From the IMG/VR virus record IMGVR_UViG_3300045988_174698: DNA of 64,000 nt; one strand, given 5' to 3'. The position numbers and the translations under genes are program-made. The notes under the pieces are model-generated. The model saw nothing but the letters and a program-made list of their open reading frames with translations. It was not told where the DNA came from and searched no databases. Numbering within the stretch: position 1 is the first letter of the stretch; every line of letters starts with the position of its first letter. The DNA is from a virus. Below, in pieces: positions 29,594 to 39,259 of the stretch.

Positions 29594-30310
29594 TCAGTAT
29601 TCAGTGAAATTATTATAACAGAGTCTATAGGCTTTTAACCATTCTGTTTTTGTATGTTTGTGAGGCATTTGAAAATTACGAAGAGACTTATAAAAACGAG
29701 GTGCATCATTAACCTCATCACATATTACATAGAAAGCTTGTATAATATCTCTCTTAAATACCTCTGATGTTTTTAGAATTTTACTAACTCTACGAAGAGC
29801 TTTGAGTCTCTCAAGAGCATACGCTATTAGTATACCATCAACATGAAGCTTACCACTCTGAAAATCCTCAGTATTATACCTACCCAAAATTAACTGTATC
29901 GCAGATCTAATTTCAAGTTCTGGATTGTCTTTTAAAAAGTCCCTTAAAAGACAGTAGGAATTTTTACCTGTTTCACAGTAAGCATAAAGGTAATCCTTAG
30001 TTAACCATCTTTTATGTCCTGAATTAAACCTAATAGCTAAGCTAATTGGGTCTTCTTTTGAGTTTATTTTTAACATTCCTAACTCATAATGACGACTAGT
30101 ATCAATGGAACATAATGTACAGAACGCTTTATAACGATGCTGTCCGTCTACTATATAATTATCCTTTACAAAGATTGGTGGAATCCAATCTCCCCTTTTC
30201 ATAGACTGCATAATCTCCCTCACATGAGCAGGATTAGTTAGTCTGTTTGCAGATAAAAATTCGAGTGAAGGACTAGGTTTGTCCAAAATAATAATTTCTT
30301 CGGTTTTCAT
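29594..30310 (-). CDS. ParB/Srx-like nuclease domain protein
   Basis: 238-aa ORF. IPPIFVKDNYIVDGQHRYKAF matches the ParB N-terminal nuclease motif (V.DG.HR..A). Confidence 0.5.
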   Translation of the reverse strand: MKTEEIIILDKPSPSLEFLSANRLTNPAHVREIMQSMKRGDWIPPIFVKDNYIVDGQHRYKAFCTLCSIDTSRHYELGMLKINSKEDPISLAIRFNSGHKRWLTKDYLYAYCETGKNSYCLLRDFLKDNPELEIRSAIQLILGRYNTEDFQSGKLHVDGILIAYALERLKALRRVSKILKTSEVFKRDIIQAFYVICDEVNDAPRFYKSLRNFQMPHKHTKTEWLKAYRLCYNNFTEY

Positions 30311-30311
30311 A

Positions 30312-30884
30312 TCAATTCCATATTATAAGACCTGAAAGCATTTGAGAACTGTCTTTATAACAATAAAGCTTAGAGATTGTATATAAGGACTGAGTATGTT
30401 GTATAAATTGAACATATCTAGACCCTATTCCAATTTCTTCAGTAGATAACTTCTCAGCTTTTAAAGTATTTTTATAAAGAGTCTTGTTAAGAGTATCAAT
30501 TGTTTTCTCCCTACCTCTAGAACCCCGAGTAGATACAGTAAAAAGTAAAGCCTTAGTACCTGACAGCATAGTATTCATTCTGTAGAATACATTCATTATA
30601 GAATACTGACCATATAAAATAGTCTCTTCAAGATCAACGTCCATAACATGAGTAGGGAAAACATCATCAATATAAGCTCTAACAATCCAGTTTTCAACTG
30701 GATGAATATCAACTAAAGTAATATTGTCTGGTAAAAAATACTTCTGATATTGCTGTAAAGCTACTTTAGGACTATTTCCAGCTAAAGCTGTTAACTTTTT
30801 ATTTTCAAATTTCTTAAGACAACCAAATAATTTGTTTTGGACATATCTCTTTGCTTGAGTAGAATCTAAATCGTAGCTTTTCAT
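30312..30884 (-). CDS. hypothetical protein, translationally coupled partner of the ParB-like gene
   Basis: 190-aa ORF ending 1 nt before the ParB-like start. Confidence 0.45.
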   Translation of the reverse strand: MKSYDLDSTQAKRYVQNKLFGCLKKFENKKLTALAGNSPKVALQQYQKYFLPDNITLVDIHPVENWIVRAYIDDVFPTHVMDVDLEETILYGQYSIMNVFYRMNTMLSGTKALLFTVSTRGSRGREKTIDTLNKTLYKNTLKAEKLSTEEIGIGSRYVQFIQHTQSLYTISKLYCYKDSSQMLSGLIIWN

Positions 30885-30908
30885 CTGTATTAGTATTTTT
30901 TAATTATG

Positions 30909-30981
30909 TGGGCCCTACAGGACTTGAACCTGTAATCTCTTGATTATGAGTCAATTGCTTCAACCATTAAGCTAAGGGCCC
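30909..30981 (-). tRNA. tRNA-Met or tRNA-Ile2 (anticodon CAT), elongator type
   Basis: Acceptor GGGCCCT/AGGGCCC, anticodon arm TTGA-CTCATAA-TCAA, T arm ACAGG-TTCAAGT-CCTGT. No initiator features. Confidence 0.65.
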
Positions 30982-32322
30982 TTGCGGATATTTAATAGTG
31001 CTTACAGCAAACGTCTTTACACACTAATAGTAAGCTCCCCTTTCGGTATATTTGCCACTAATAATTAAATATCCTTAAAAAAGACTATAACATTTTCTTA
31101 TTGGGAGGCCAGGATCTATAATATACCTCCAGTTATCCAAATATATTGCGCAATAGTTGGTCCTTAGAGTTGTATCCCTTCATTCAGGCCAAGTGAAACA
31201 TCTTGGGAAATGTGTACTGTTCTATGATCACTCAAACAGTCGCTTATAGTCTTTTGAAAACATAAATTCTATATAAGTAGATAGTCTACTAACTTCCACT
31301 TATCAGCAGATAAAACTGGTAAATTATTTTATTTGGTAATGAATGTATATTAGTGACTATAAGAGTGGTCAAACTCTTATAGTCTAGATATTACTAAAGC
31401 GTGTTGTTACACCTAAAGAAGTACTATAAGTATTGCTAGTTATAGTACCGTAAGTCATTAACTTACCTTCATTGTAGGGAATCCAGCTGCGGCTTTTCAG
31501 GTTCTTAACTTGACTTCACTAGCTACTTACTCTTATATTTCAGATTCCTGACTTCGAGTCTAGTCTTTCACCATTATTTAAGTATACCTACAGTTTTTAT
31601 TTGAGGAGTAAACTGTGAAACTTATACCTCACCACATACTGCTACTCATCTACTCATTAAAGATAGCTACCTCCAAGCTCACTACTTTAGTAATAAAAAT
31701 CTCCTCTCTTACCAAGTCATTGAGGAGATGAAAAATATGACTCTTGATTTGGGCAAGTACTTAATGATCCAGGTTATATCATTACAATTCGTAGCATCAT
31801 CTGTTGTAGGAATTTCACCTAACTCACCTGGTAGCATCGTTACTCATTTAATGCTTTGGCTGAGCTGCTTTGTAATAATCATTACTCACTAAGATTCACT
31901 TGGTCTTTTACTTAAGCCTAAAAGCCTCTCTATATAAGAAAACATATAGATGTTTTTGTAGATAATCTCTATCTACCGAGACAGCCTTTATTTATACTCC
32001 CTGCTTATACTGGAGTATAATAATAAACTAAGAAGAGGTTTTACCGAGTTCCGCGGTTTTTTATTTAGAGCGCCCTGAAGTCGTTACCTTCACCTTGGGG
32101 TCCCTCTAAGCTATAGCAAAGTATAGCAAATAGGTATCATTTAGTTTTCCTAACTACATTTCCTATTGATACATCTTATAGTATCCTACCTCTCTATACC
32201 TTTCTATGTATATCCTTAATTAGTCATGTAACCATTAAGATCTTAGTTTATAAAGGTTATCTGCTTTTGTTATATCTATACATTGGAGTCCTAATAACAG
32301 GTTACAGCCCGTGTATTAAAAA

Positions 32323-32691
32323 CTAGTTTCCTTCTTTTTTATCTTCCGAAGCAATAGAATCTAAAAGTCTATTAATAACTTCAAAAGACTTTTCAGGGAG
32401 CTCCTGTAATGCCTCAGAATTTTTAATTACTTCTGTTGCAATTGTAACTCCAAAAATTTGGTAACAGGTAGATCTTGAAGGAACCAAAATAGTTAACACC
32501 ATGGAAATTATCCCAGCGATACCAGTATATTTCCACCATCTCTTGGCTGTCTTCAATTCACATTCATCACAATAATACGCAGTAGATACGATCATAAAAA
32601 TACTCAGGCATACAATAAAAGTTGCTAATGCAATGATATATACTCCTCCAAAAACAGAACATAAATATAACCACCAAGCTAGATTTTCCAT
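32323..32691 (-). CDS. membrane protein
   Basis: 122-aa ORF with several hydrophobic helices. Confidence 0.45.
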   Translation of the reverse strand: MENLAWWLYLCSVFGGVYIIALATFIVCLSIFMIVSTAYYCDECELKTAKRWWKYTGIAGIISMVLTILVPSRSTCYQIFGVTIATEVIKNSEALQELPEKSFEVINRLLDSIASEDKKEGN

Positions 32692-32749
32692 TATTTATTA
32701 ATTATGTTGATTATTATTAAAGTTTCGGATTTCTAAGGCATTTGAATTT

Positions 32750-33118
32750 TTATTCTAGTAAATTTAACGCTATTATTAAAGCTTCTCCCAAAGCATTTTC
32801 ATACAACATGAAAAGCTCTTCCGTAAGTTTAGTGTCACTATTGATTACTGAATTTGGAGTATAAATGATATAGGCATAGTATCTGATTTGGTCTTTATAA
32901 ACAGCAATAATAGAGATATGAATCCCTTTATCATCTCTTAACCACTCACTAAGTTCTTCCTGTAAAGGAGCATAGCAGCTAAAATTGGGAATGTACCCAA
33001 TACCTTCACTATAAGTTTGGGTATATAAACTGCCCGTAGTATCATAGTAAACTCTGCTTGTTCCATTATAGCCTTTTTCCTTCGCAAGTTTGGCAGTGTT
33101 ATAATGTACAAATTCCAT
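32750..33118 (-). CDS. hypothetical protein (paralog of 14647..15069)
   Basis: 122-aa ORF; N-terminal NTAKLAKEKGY motif shared with 14647..15069. Confidence 0.5.
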   Translation of the reverse strand: MEFVHYNTAKLAKEKGYNGTSRVYYDTTGSLYTQTYSEGIGYIPNFSCYAPLQEELSEWLRDDKGIHISIIAVYKDQIRYYAYIIYTPNSVINSDTKLTEELFMLYENALGEALIIALNLLE

Positions 33119-33205
33119 AAGATGTATTTTTTAATTTTAAAAGTCCTCAGCTTAAAAATGAATATGAGTTACCACCCTGTGTTGTAGTGAAAACCACATA
33201 TAGTC

Positions 33206-33397
33206 TTAATTGTTGTTGAACTTGAACTTAGCTAGTGTGTTAACAACAACACGTACTGCTACTACAGTATTGATAACAGGGATCATTATTAGTACAAAAG
33301 CTGTTGTTGCATCTATATCTTCCCGCTCGACTAAATATACACCTGTTACTAAAGCACTAAATCCATAAATAATGGTGAAAAGTATCAAAAAAATCAT
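33206..33397 (-). CDS. small membrane protein
   Basis: 63-aa hydrophobic ORF. Confidence 0.35.
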   Translation of the reverse strand: MIFLILFTIIYGFSALVTGVYLVEREDIDATTAFVLIMIPVINTVVAVRVVVNTLAKFKFNNN

Positions 33398-33420
33398 TGG
33401 TTTAATATATTAGTTGAATG

Positions 33421-33503
33421 TGCAGGTAGAGGGACTCGAACCCCCACTTCTTTCGAAATATCGTCCTAAGCGATACGTGGCTGCCTAATTTCACCATACC
33501 TGC
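33421..33503 (-). tRNA. tRNA-Leu (anticodon TAG; class II)
   Basis: Acceptor GCAGGTA/TACCTGC, anticodon arm TATCG-CTTAGGA-CGATA, 13-nt variable arm, T arm GGGGG-TTCGAGT-CCCTC, A73. Confidence 0.65.
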
Positions 33504-33586
33504 AAAATATAATAACTAAGTTGCAACGTATATTCTATTATTTCTTTTTGTTGTTGAATCGAACTTTCATATTTTGTATTATATGT

Positions 33587-33790
33587 TTAAACGAGGCTAA
33601 CTAAGCTCCCACAAATACCACAATATCTTAGATACCAACCACAGTAACTAGATTCATCATAAATGTAAATACAATCACATTCACCTGTCTTAGCATACTT
33701 TTCTTTAGCAGCTTTGACTTCTTCCTCAGAAACTTCTATAAGTTTAGTTCCTACACCATCATTTACTTCTCTATACAATTGTTGTTTCAT
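33587..33790 (-). CDS. small Cys-rich protein
   Basis: 67-aa ORF, C-terminal CDCIYIYDESSYCGWYLRYCGICG. Confidence 0.35.
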   Translation of the reverse strand: MKQQLYREVNDGVGTKLIEVSEEEVKAAKEKYAKTGECDCIYIYDESSYCGWYLRYCGICGSLVSLV

Positions 33791-33987
33791 TATGAAATTC
33801 CTTTAATAAATATTTCTCCTATAGCATTAGGTTTATAGATAGGTTTAGCATTAGGCCATGTTCCTACAAATATTACACGAACTAAAACTCTCCAATCTGA
33901 TTCCCATACAGATCCTCTTGATATTTCTTTTACCTTATTGTATATCTTAATACAATCTTCAGCTTCCTTCTTATGCTCAGTCTTCAA
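33790..33987 (-). CDS. hypothetical small protein
   Basis: 65-aa ORF. Confidence 0.35.
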   Translation of the reverse strand: MKTEHKKEAEDCIKIYNKVKEISRGSVWESDWRVLVRVIFVGTWPNAKPIYKPNAIGEIFIKGIS

Positions 33988-34270
33988 CCGATTTTGAAGG
34001 ACATCGTATAACTTGCTCGTAGATTAAATCTTTTTATGATATCTTCCCAGATAGTGAATGCAATTATGACAATACATGATATCTACATGAGAACATGACA
34101 AACATGGATAGTCATACCTTATTTTTGAAAAATTTATCTTCATAATATTATTTAGCTAAAAATTACTCACTCTAGCATTTTCTAACTAGTAATATAAGAT
34201 AGCCTGTATGCCTACAGGAAGAGTACCTAACTAGTAGTCTCTTCCTTAGTTGATGTGTACACCATCAGAG

Positions 34271-34489
34271 CTAAAGTTTTCTGCCGCACATTGGACAATA
34301 TCTTATTTCCATTGAAAAAGACTCATCTTCTGATTCATAATCTAATGTAAATTCCCCGTTATCATATTTACTAATTGTAAATTTCCGATAAATTCCTATA
34401 TAATCGGTTTCACAAATAATATTTTCTATATATGATTTGTTTATTTCTTTTAAATCAGTATTCACTATTTTATTACAATGTATACACAT
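34271..34489 (-). CDS. zinc-ribbon small protein
   Basis: 72 aa with CIHCN ... CPMCG pairs. Confidence 0.4.
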   Translation of the reverse strand: MCIHCNKIVNTDLKEINKSYIENIICETDYIGIYRKFTISKYDNGEFTLDYESEDESFSMEIRYCPMCGRKL

Positions 34490-34527
34490 AATAATATAAT
34501 ATTACTTATTCTTCTATTAAATAATTG

Positions 34528-34613
34528 TACTCGGAGCGGGAATCGAACCCGCACGGCCATTACTGGCCAAGGGATTTTAAGTCCCTCGTGTCTACCTATT
34601 CCACCATCCGAGC
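34528..34613 (-). tRNA. tRNA-Leu (anticodon TAA; class II)
   Basis: Acceptor GCTCGGA/TCCGAGT, anticodon arm AGGGA-CTTAAAA-TCCCT, variable arm TGGCCAGTAATGGCCGT, T arm GCGGG-TTCGATT-CCCGC, A73. Confidence 0.65.
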
Positions 34614-34635
34614 AAATCAAATAAAATGATTAATG

Positions 34636-34709
34636 TGGACCCTACAGGGCTTGAACCTGTAACCTACTGATTATGAGTCAGTTGCTCTAACCAACTGAGC
34701 TAAGGGTCC
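34636..34709 (-). tRNA. tRNA-Met or tRNA-Ile2 (anticodon CAT), second copy
   Basis: Acceptor GGACCCT/AGGGTCC, anticodon arm ACTGA-CTCATAA-TCAGT, T arm ACAGG-TTCAAGC-CCTGT. Confidence 0.65.
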
Positions 34710-34734
34710 GTAAAATAAATTTGTCTAATTGACA

Positions 34735-34857
34735 GGATTCGAACCTGCAGATGTTTTGATTAACACCACATATTGTTTCAATACAGCCAAATTAGTTTTC
34801 ATTTGACGAAGGGATATTAGTCCCTAGCGTATACCAATTCCGCCACAATTAAACAAA
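34735..34857 (-). other. aberrant tRNA-like locus (about 123 nt): tRNA ends with about 55 extra nt between anticodon-like arm and T arm
   Basis: 5' TTAATTG-TG-GCGG..., anticodon-like arm AGGGA-CTAATA-TCCCT (6-nt loop), then about 55 nt, then GCAGG-TTCGAAT-CCTGT and acceptor CAATTAG. No clean cloverleaf. Confidence 0.3.
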
Positions 34858-34989
34858 CTTATCTTTAACTTTAAAATGAAGGAGTGGGTGACTGTCACTC
34901 TAACAGTTACTAATACTAGTATAATGGCCTAGCAGCTCAGTGCCACAGTCTTCCGACACATTAGTAATGTATTTTTACTTCATCTTGCA

Positions 34990-35100
34990 GGTGTAACGGG
35001 ATTCGAACCAGACATACGATTCCCTCAAGAGTTCTCTCTTAGCGTATCTCCGAAGTTGCCACCTCGGTGTTTTACCATTAAACTATACACCTAAAACAAG
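34990..35100 (-). other. aberrant tRNA-like locus (about 110 nt) with about 40-nt nested-hairpin insertion in the variable region
   Basis: Acceptor AGGTGTA/TACACCT, D arm GTTT-AATGGTA-AAAC, hairpin CCGAGG-TGGCAA-CTTCGG, extra stem AGATACG...CGTATGTCT enclosing AAGAG-AGAA-CTCTT, weak T stem around TTCGAAT. Confidence 0.3.
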
Positions 35101-35135
35101 TTGCAAATATAGCACTTAATTATTGAATATGCAAA

Positions 35136-35465
35136 TTATTTACAACTATGATAAACATGAAAAGGTCCACAATGAATTTTACCATTTACAGAAGTTTCTC
35201 TTCTATAAATAATTTGAAAAACATTTGGATGATCCTTTATATAGTCTTCGACTTGCTGAACTGAAGAGAATGTTGCCAATATTTCCCATTTGTTAGAAAT
35301 CGCATAATATTTACAATCTTTAGCAAATTTCAACAAACTTTTAGTCACTTCTTTATCAAGAAATGCTTTACACTCTTCAGCACTTTTACTTGACTGACAC
35401 TGATCAAAATGAGGGCAATGATGACAATTATCTCGCCAATTTTCTTTCTTAGGAATCATAATCAA
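35136..35465 (-). CDS. Cys/His-rich hypothetical protein
   Basis: 109-aa ORF (CHHCPHFDQC...HCGPFHVYHSC). Confidence 0.45.
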   Translation of the reverse strand: MIMIPKKENWRDNCHHCPHFDQCQSSKSAEECKAFLDKEVTKSLLKFAKDCKYYAISNKWEILATFSSVQQVEDYIKDHPNVFQIIYRRETSVNGKIHCGPFHVYHSCK

Positions 35466-35658
35466 GGATTTTTAACTCTACAGGTTCGTCTTCCCACTTT
35501 AATTCTCTTCCAATCAGCTTTTTAGCAGATCCTTTAGGTAAAGGAAGAGTCATACTATATGAATACAAAGGAAGAAACCTTTCTAAAATTTCTGATCTAA
35601 CTGGACGAAATTGAAAAATAGCTTCCATCCCATTCTTATCTACTGCTATCCATGGCAT
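35449..35658 (-). CDS. hypothetical small protein
   Basis: 69-aa ORF. Confidence 0.35.
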   Translation of the reverse strand: MPWIAVDKNGMEAIFQFRPVRSEILERFLPLYSYSMTLPLPKGSAKKLIGRELKWEDEPVELKILDYDS

Positions 35659-35674
35659 ATCTTTATATTTTTAG

Positions 35675-35748
35675 TGATCCCAGAGAGGTTCGAACTCTCG
35701 ACCCCTACATTAAAAGTGTAGTGCTCTAACCAACTGAGCTACGGGATC
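35675..35748 (-). tRNA. tRNA-Lys (anticodon TTT)
   Basis: Acceptor GATCCCG/TGGGATC, D arm GCTC-AGTTGGTTA-GAGC, anticodon arm CTACA-CTTTTAA-TGTAG, T arm GAGAG-TTCGAAC-CTCTC. Confidence 0.7.
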
Positions 35749-35754
35749 TATTTT

Positions 35755-35988
35755 TTATAACTTTTCTTCTTTTAAAATTTTATTTGATGCTTTGTCGACT
35801 AGTTGAACAGAAGAATATTTCTTTGAAAAACTTTTAAATATTCCCAAACCATTATCTTCTCTACACATACACACAGAAGATTCAAATTCTTTGTGCATCA
35901 TATTTTTGAATTTAATAGGAAATACTAAATTGTATTGTTTTGTAACTCCTATAATTCTGATTTCATATCGTATATTATTATTTTTCAT
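35755..35988 (-). CDS. hypothetical small protein
   Basis: 77-aa ORF. Confidence 0.35.
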   Translation of the reverse strand: MKNNNIRYEIRIIGVTKQYNLVFPIKFKNMMHKEFESSVCMCREDNGLGIFKSFSKKYSSVQLVDKASNKILKEEKL

Positions 35989-36369
35989 ACTTAAATTTGT
36001 GTTTTACACCTAAAACTTATTACCAGATTTTGACGCTATAAAATAGGTACTCATGCTGTGATATAAGAAACTGGTGCCCTCAACATCTTGGGAAGTTATT
36101 GAGTTTTTTAAACCTATCCAGCATTTTCCAACTGGTAAAGATTTGGCCCATATGCCTATGGGATTATACCACAACTCAATGCGGCAGTGAAAGGTTCAAC
36201 ATATCCTGTACTCTTTAATCTACAATACTTAACAACTGTGGAATCAGTTTTACAATGTCACATACTTATAGTCATTTCAACTCCTTCCTGTCCGTCCTTA
36301 GCAGAAGTACGTTACTTCTCCCCCATTATATAACATTGTATAAGTATCTTCGAAATAGGTAATATAGTG

Positions 36370-36612
36370 TTAGAGATCTACAAATTTCACGTAATAGGCT
36401 CTTAAATCTCTGTCTAAATATCGGTTATTTAATGTATCTTCAAAATCTTTTAAAGATTTAAAGATATGAGCCGATTCTTTATCAGCAATTATAAGCTCTT
36501 TTGCAAATTCATATAATTCTTTGTCTGTTTTTGATTCAATTTCATCATAGAAATTATCTATACTGAAAATTGAAATTAAAAGTACTTTCATAGGAAATAT
36601 TAATCTGTCCAA
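36370..36612 (-). CDS. hypothetical small acidic protein
   Basis: 80-aa ORF. Confidence 0.35.
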   Translation of the reverse strand: MDRLIFPMKVLLISIFSIDNFYDEIESKTDKELYEFAKELIIADKESAHIFKSLKDFEDTLNNRYLDRDLRAYYVKFVDL

Positions 36613-37704
36613 TCAATACAGGCTACTGCAAATTCTTCAGAAAGTTGACACAACCAATCGTTGTACTCTTCATCTGTTGAATTTTTACGTTTATTTTCTG
36701 CAGCTTTTGTCATTACATCGCCGAATGTTTCTTCCATATTATATTAATGTTAGAATTCTAAAAGAAAATTTTTCTCTTGCCCACACAACTTATTCGACCT
36801 TTATATCTAACTATACAAAGGAACTAAATTACGAACACAACTGGTTTTCGTCTGTGGGTAAATTTCGACCCTATTGAGAAAAATTCTTGACAATTCTGCC
36901 ATTTGCCTTTGCTCCATGTTGACGTACATGAACTCACGCTATCCCGCAAAATCTTTATATTACTATAAAGCTTTATCCTTAAAAGACCGCTAGGTAGATC
37001 GACGCCTAATAAGTATTCACCTTCCTTTGCTCACTTTCTTAAGGACGTTAGGTTCCTAATTATACTCTTAAAAGTGGAAGAGTTTATTTAAAAAAAGATA
37101 AACGAGCTTATTTAGTTCATAATGATAGTATACTTCCATTATTTATCAGAATCTAGTATAAAGGGTCTACTGATTCTATATTTTGCTCTAATTATGGTAT
37201 ACCCTTTACTTATACTATAATGTTCATATCTTTGTATATAAGAAATGTGTAGTCAAAAATAGAGGAGGTACTATACTTCACTCCTCTATCTTACGATTTC
37301 CAGTTTTCGGCTCTTATTTATACTCGTTTAAGCCTACTTACATTAGATAAAACTAATCATAGTAAATCCAGACATTAATTTCTGGTAATCGTCAGGCACG
37401 ATTTCGAGTTTTAAAAACAAATATACCTACTATCATGATATTCCTCAGTTACATAATCCTATCATGAGGTGCCTCCACGATAAGTGACTAACTAAAGAGA
37501 ACTGAGAGTCTTTAAGTTAGTATTATTTCTCCTCCTCGGTATATTTGAAAATACACAACCATACTTAGTGCTATGAGCTTCCCAAAAACTACTCGCGCGT
37601 TTTCATTTAAGAGATTCTAAACTAAGTGATCCTACTCTATGGTAGATTAATTATGGCTGCTACTTAATAGCAGAATTTAACCCTTAGGTTTTATGTGTAT
37701 CTTT

Positions 37705-37989
37705 TTAAAGTATTGTATATACTACAATGATACTGTATTCATTTTCTACTTCTATGAAGTATAACTCTATTATTTCATCATCAAATTTAAATAGACAGTA
37801 GTCACCACTCTCTTCTGTTGGTATTCCCAAAAGGAGAGAGTAGATTTCCTTGAACCGTCGGAAAGACTCTTTCCCCAATTCTTTATCGGTATAAACACCA
37901 AAAGACCCGATAATACCACATATGTTAGAATTGCTCGAATTTGTATCATTATATAAAATGTTTATGTATGCTGGAAATAATTTGTCCAC
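37705..37989 (-). CDS. hypothetical protein
   Basis: 94-aa ORF. Confidence 0.4.
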   Translation of the reverse strand: MDKLFPAYINILYNDTNSSNSNICGIIGSFGVYTDKELGKESFRRFKEIYSLLLGIPTEESGDYCLFKFDDEIIELYFIEVENEYSIIVVYTIL

Positions 37990-38242
37990 TCTCTTCTGTT
38001 GGTATAAATCAATAAAATCTTATCAAACGCTTACTCAAACTTTAAATTATTAATTTATAAATTATTAATTAAAGAGTAACTCGCTGAGTGTGAGAAGTTT
38101 ATTGATTATAATATGTGAAAATTGTTTCTGAATTTTTTAAAAAATAAAAGAATAGAGTGTGGTTTAGAGATTGATAATCAAGCACTTAGCATCATTTATA
38201 AAAATATTTAATAATATATATTAAAAATATTTATAAATAATA

Positions 38243-38273
38243 TTAAAAAAGAGACTGCCTCTGCTCAGTCTCT
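38243..38273 (-). terminator. rho-independent terminator (minus strand)
   Basis: Plus-strand AAAAAA-GAGACTG-CCTCTGCT-CAGTCTC reads on minus as an 8-bp GC-containing hairpin followed by TTTTTT. Confidence 0.5.
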
Positions 38274-38425
38274 ATCAATCACAGACAAAGGCACTTAATG
38301 TGCAGAGGGAGGGCTCTGCTTCACAGCAGTGCAAATTCAATTATTAACTATTAACCCTTGTTAATTCTGTTTCAGAACAGTATTTAGTGTTTGTAGGGAA
38401 GTTTATTTTCCTACAAACAGAGTAG

Positions 38426-38590
38426 TTATTCAAGGAATGATGCTCCAGCAGCGATAGCATAAGATATTACAGTACTTACTACAGGTGAATATCCTAATAC
38501 TTCTGCACCACCGAATGCAAAAGCAGCGAGGAGAGTACCCCAGAAGATAGTACTAAATAGTCTTTCAGAAAAAGAACCTTTATTTTCCAT
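38426..38590 (-). CDS. small membrane protein
   Basis: 54 aa, MENKGSFSERLFSTIFWGTLLAAFAFGGAEVLGYSPVVSTVISYAIAAGASFLE; below track cutoff. Confidence 0.3.
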   Translation of the reverse strand: MENKGSFSERLFSTIFWGTLLAAFAFGGAEVLGYSPVVSTVISYAIAAGASFLE

Positions 38591-38776
38591 TTAGTTGAAT
38601 AACTTTTTGGATATAGAATTCGTTGTTTTTAGTTGCTTTGATTACGTAGAAAGCGAGTTTATTGTGTATTCAGCCTCTTCAGTTGTATACTACATAATCG
38701 CCGCAATTGGTAGTTAAGATGTTAAAAGGGAGTTTTCACTCCCCTTTAACAGTTAACTGGCCGTTACGAGCAGGTT

Positions 38777-39259
38777 TTAGGCTTTCCATACGAGGTTAGC
38801 CGTTTCCTTCTCGGTGGTGGTATCGAGAGGCAGCCCGTTGTCGAAGTCCCGTTGCTTGAACTTGACGGTTCCCTGAGCTACGATCGTCTTACCGAGGCAA
38901 GCTTCGAGGCGATCATAGTCGGTTTCGAGATTGCAGAGGTCAGCAGATACAGGATGAACGGGCTGCATATCTGCGTCACGACGGCGGAGGTTTGCCAACG
39001 AGAAGTTAGCCAGCTTGCCGTTCTTGAGGCCCATGACGAGCACTTCGACGTTCTTGGAGTCTTTCCGCACCTGACGGGTAGTGATTACGGCGTCTTCAAG
39101 AGTGTCAGGGAATTCAAAGACATCGCCATTGGAAAGGCCATAGCTGACGAGGCCGATACCAGTGCTCTTCAGAAAGTCTACTGCGACCTGCTTTACTTCG
39201 AGGCCGTTTCGAGTAGGAATAATAGGAAACTCTTCCTTCTTGAATTGATTAATCTTCAT
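38777..39259 (-). CDS. hypothetical protein encoded in a GC-rich compositional island
   Basis: 160-aa ORF whose DNA is visibly far more GC-rich than the rest of the window, with GC-rich third positions (ccgttgtcgaagtcccgttgcttgaacttgacggttccctgagctacgatcg...). Standard stop TAA. Confidence 0.55.
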   Translation of the reverse strand: MKINQFKKEEFPIIPTRNGLEVKQVAVDFLKSTGIGLVSYGLSNGDVFEFPDTLEDAVITTRQVRKDSKNVEVLVMGLKNGKLANFSLANLRRRDADMQPVHPVSADLCNLETDYDRLEACLGKTIVAQGTVKFKQRDFDNGLPLDTTTEKETANLVWKA

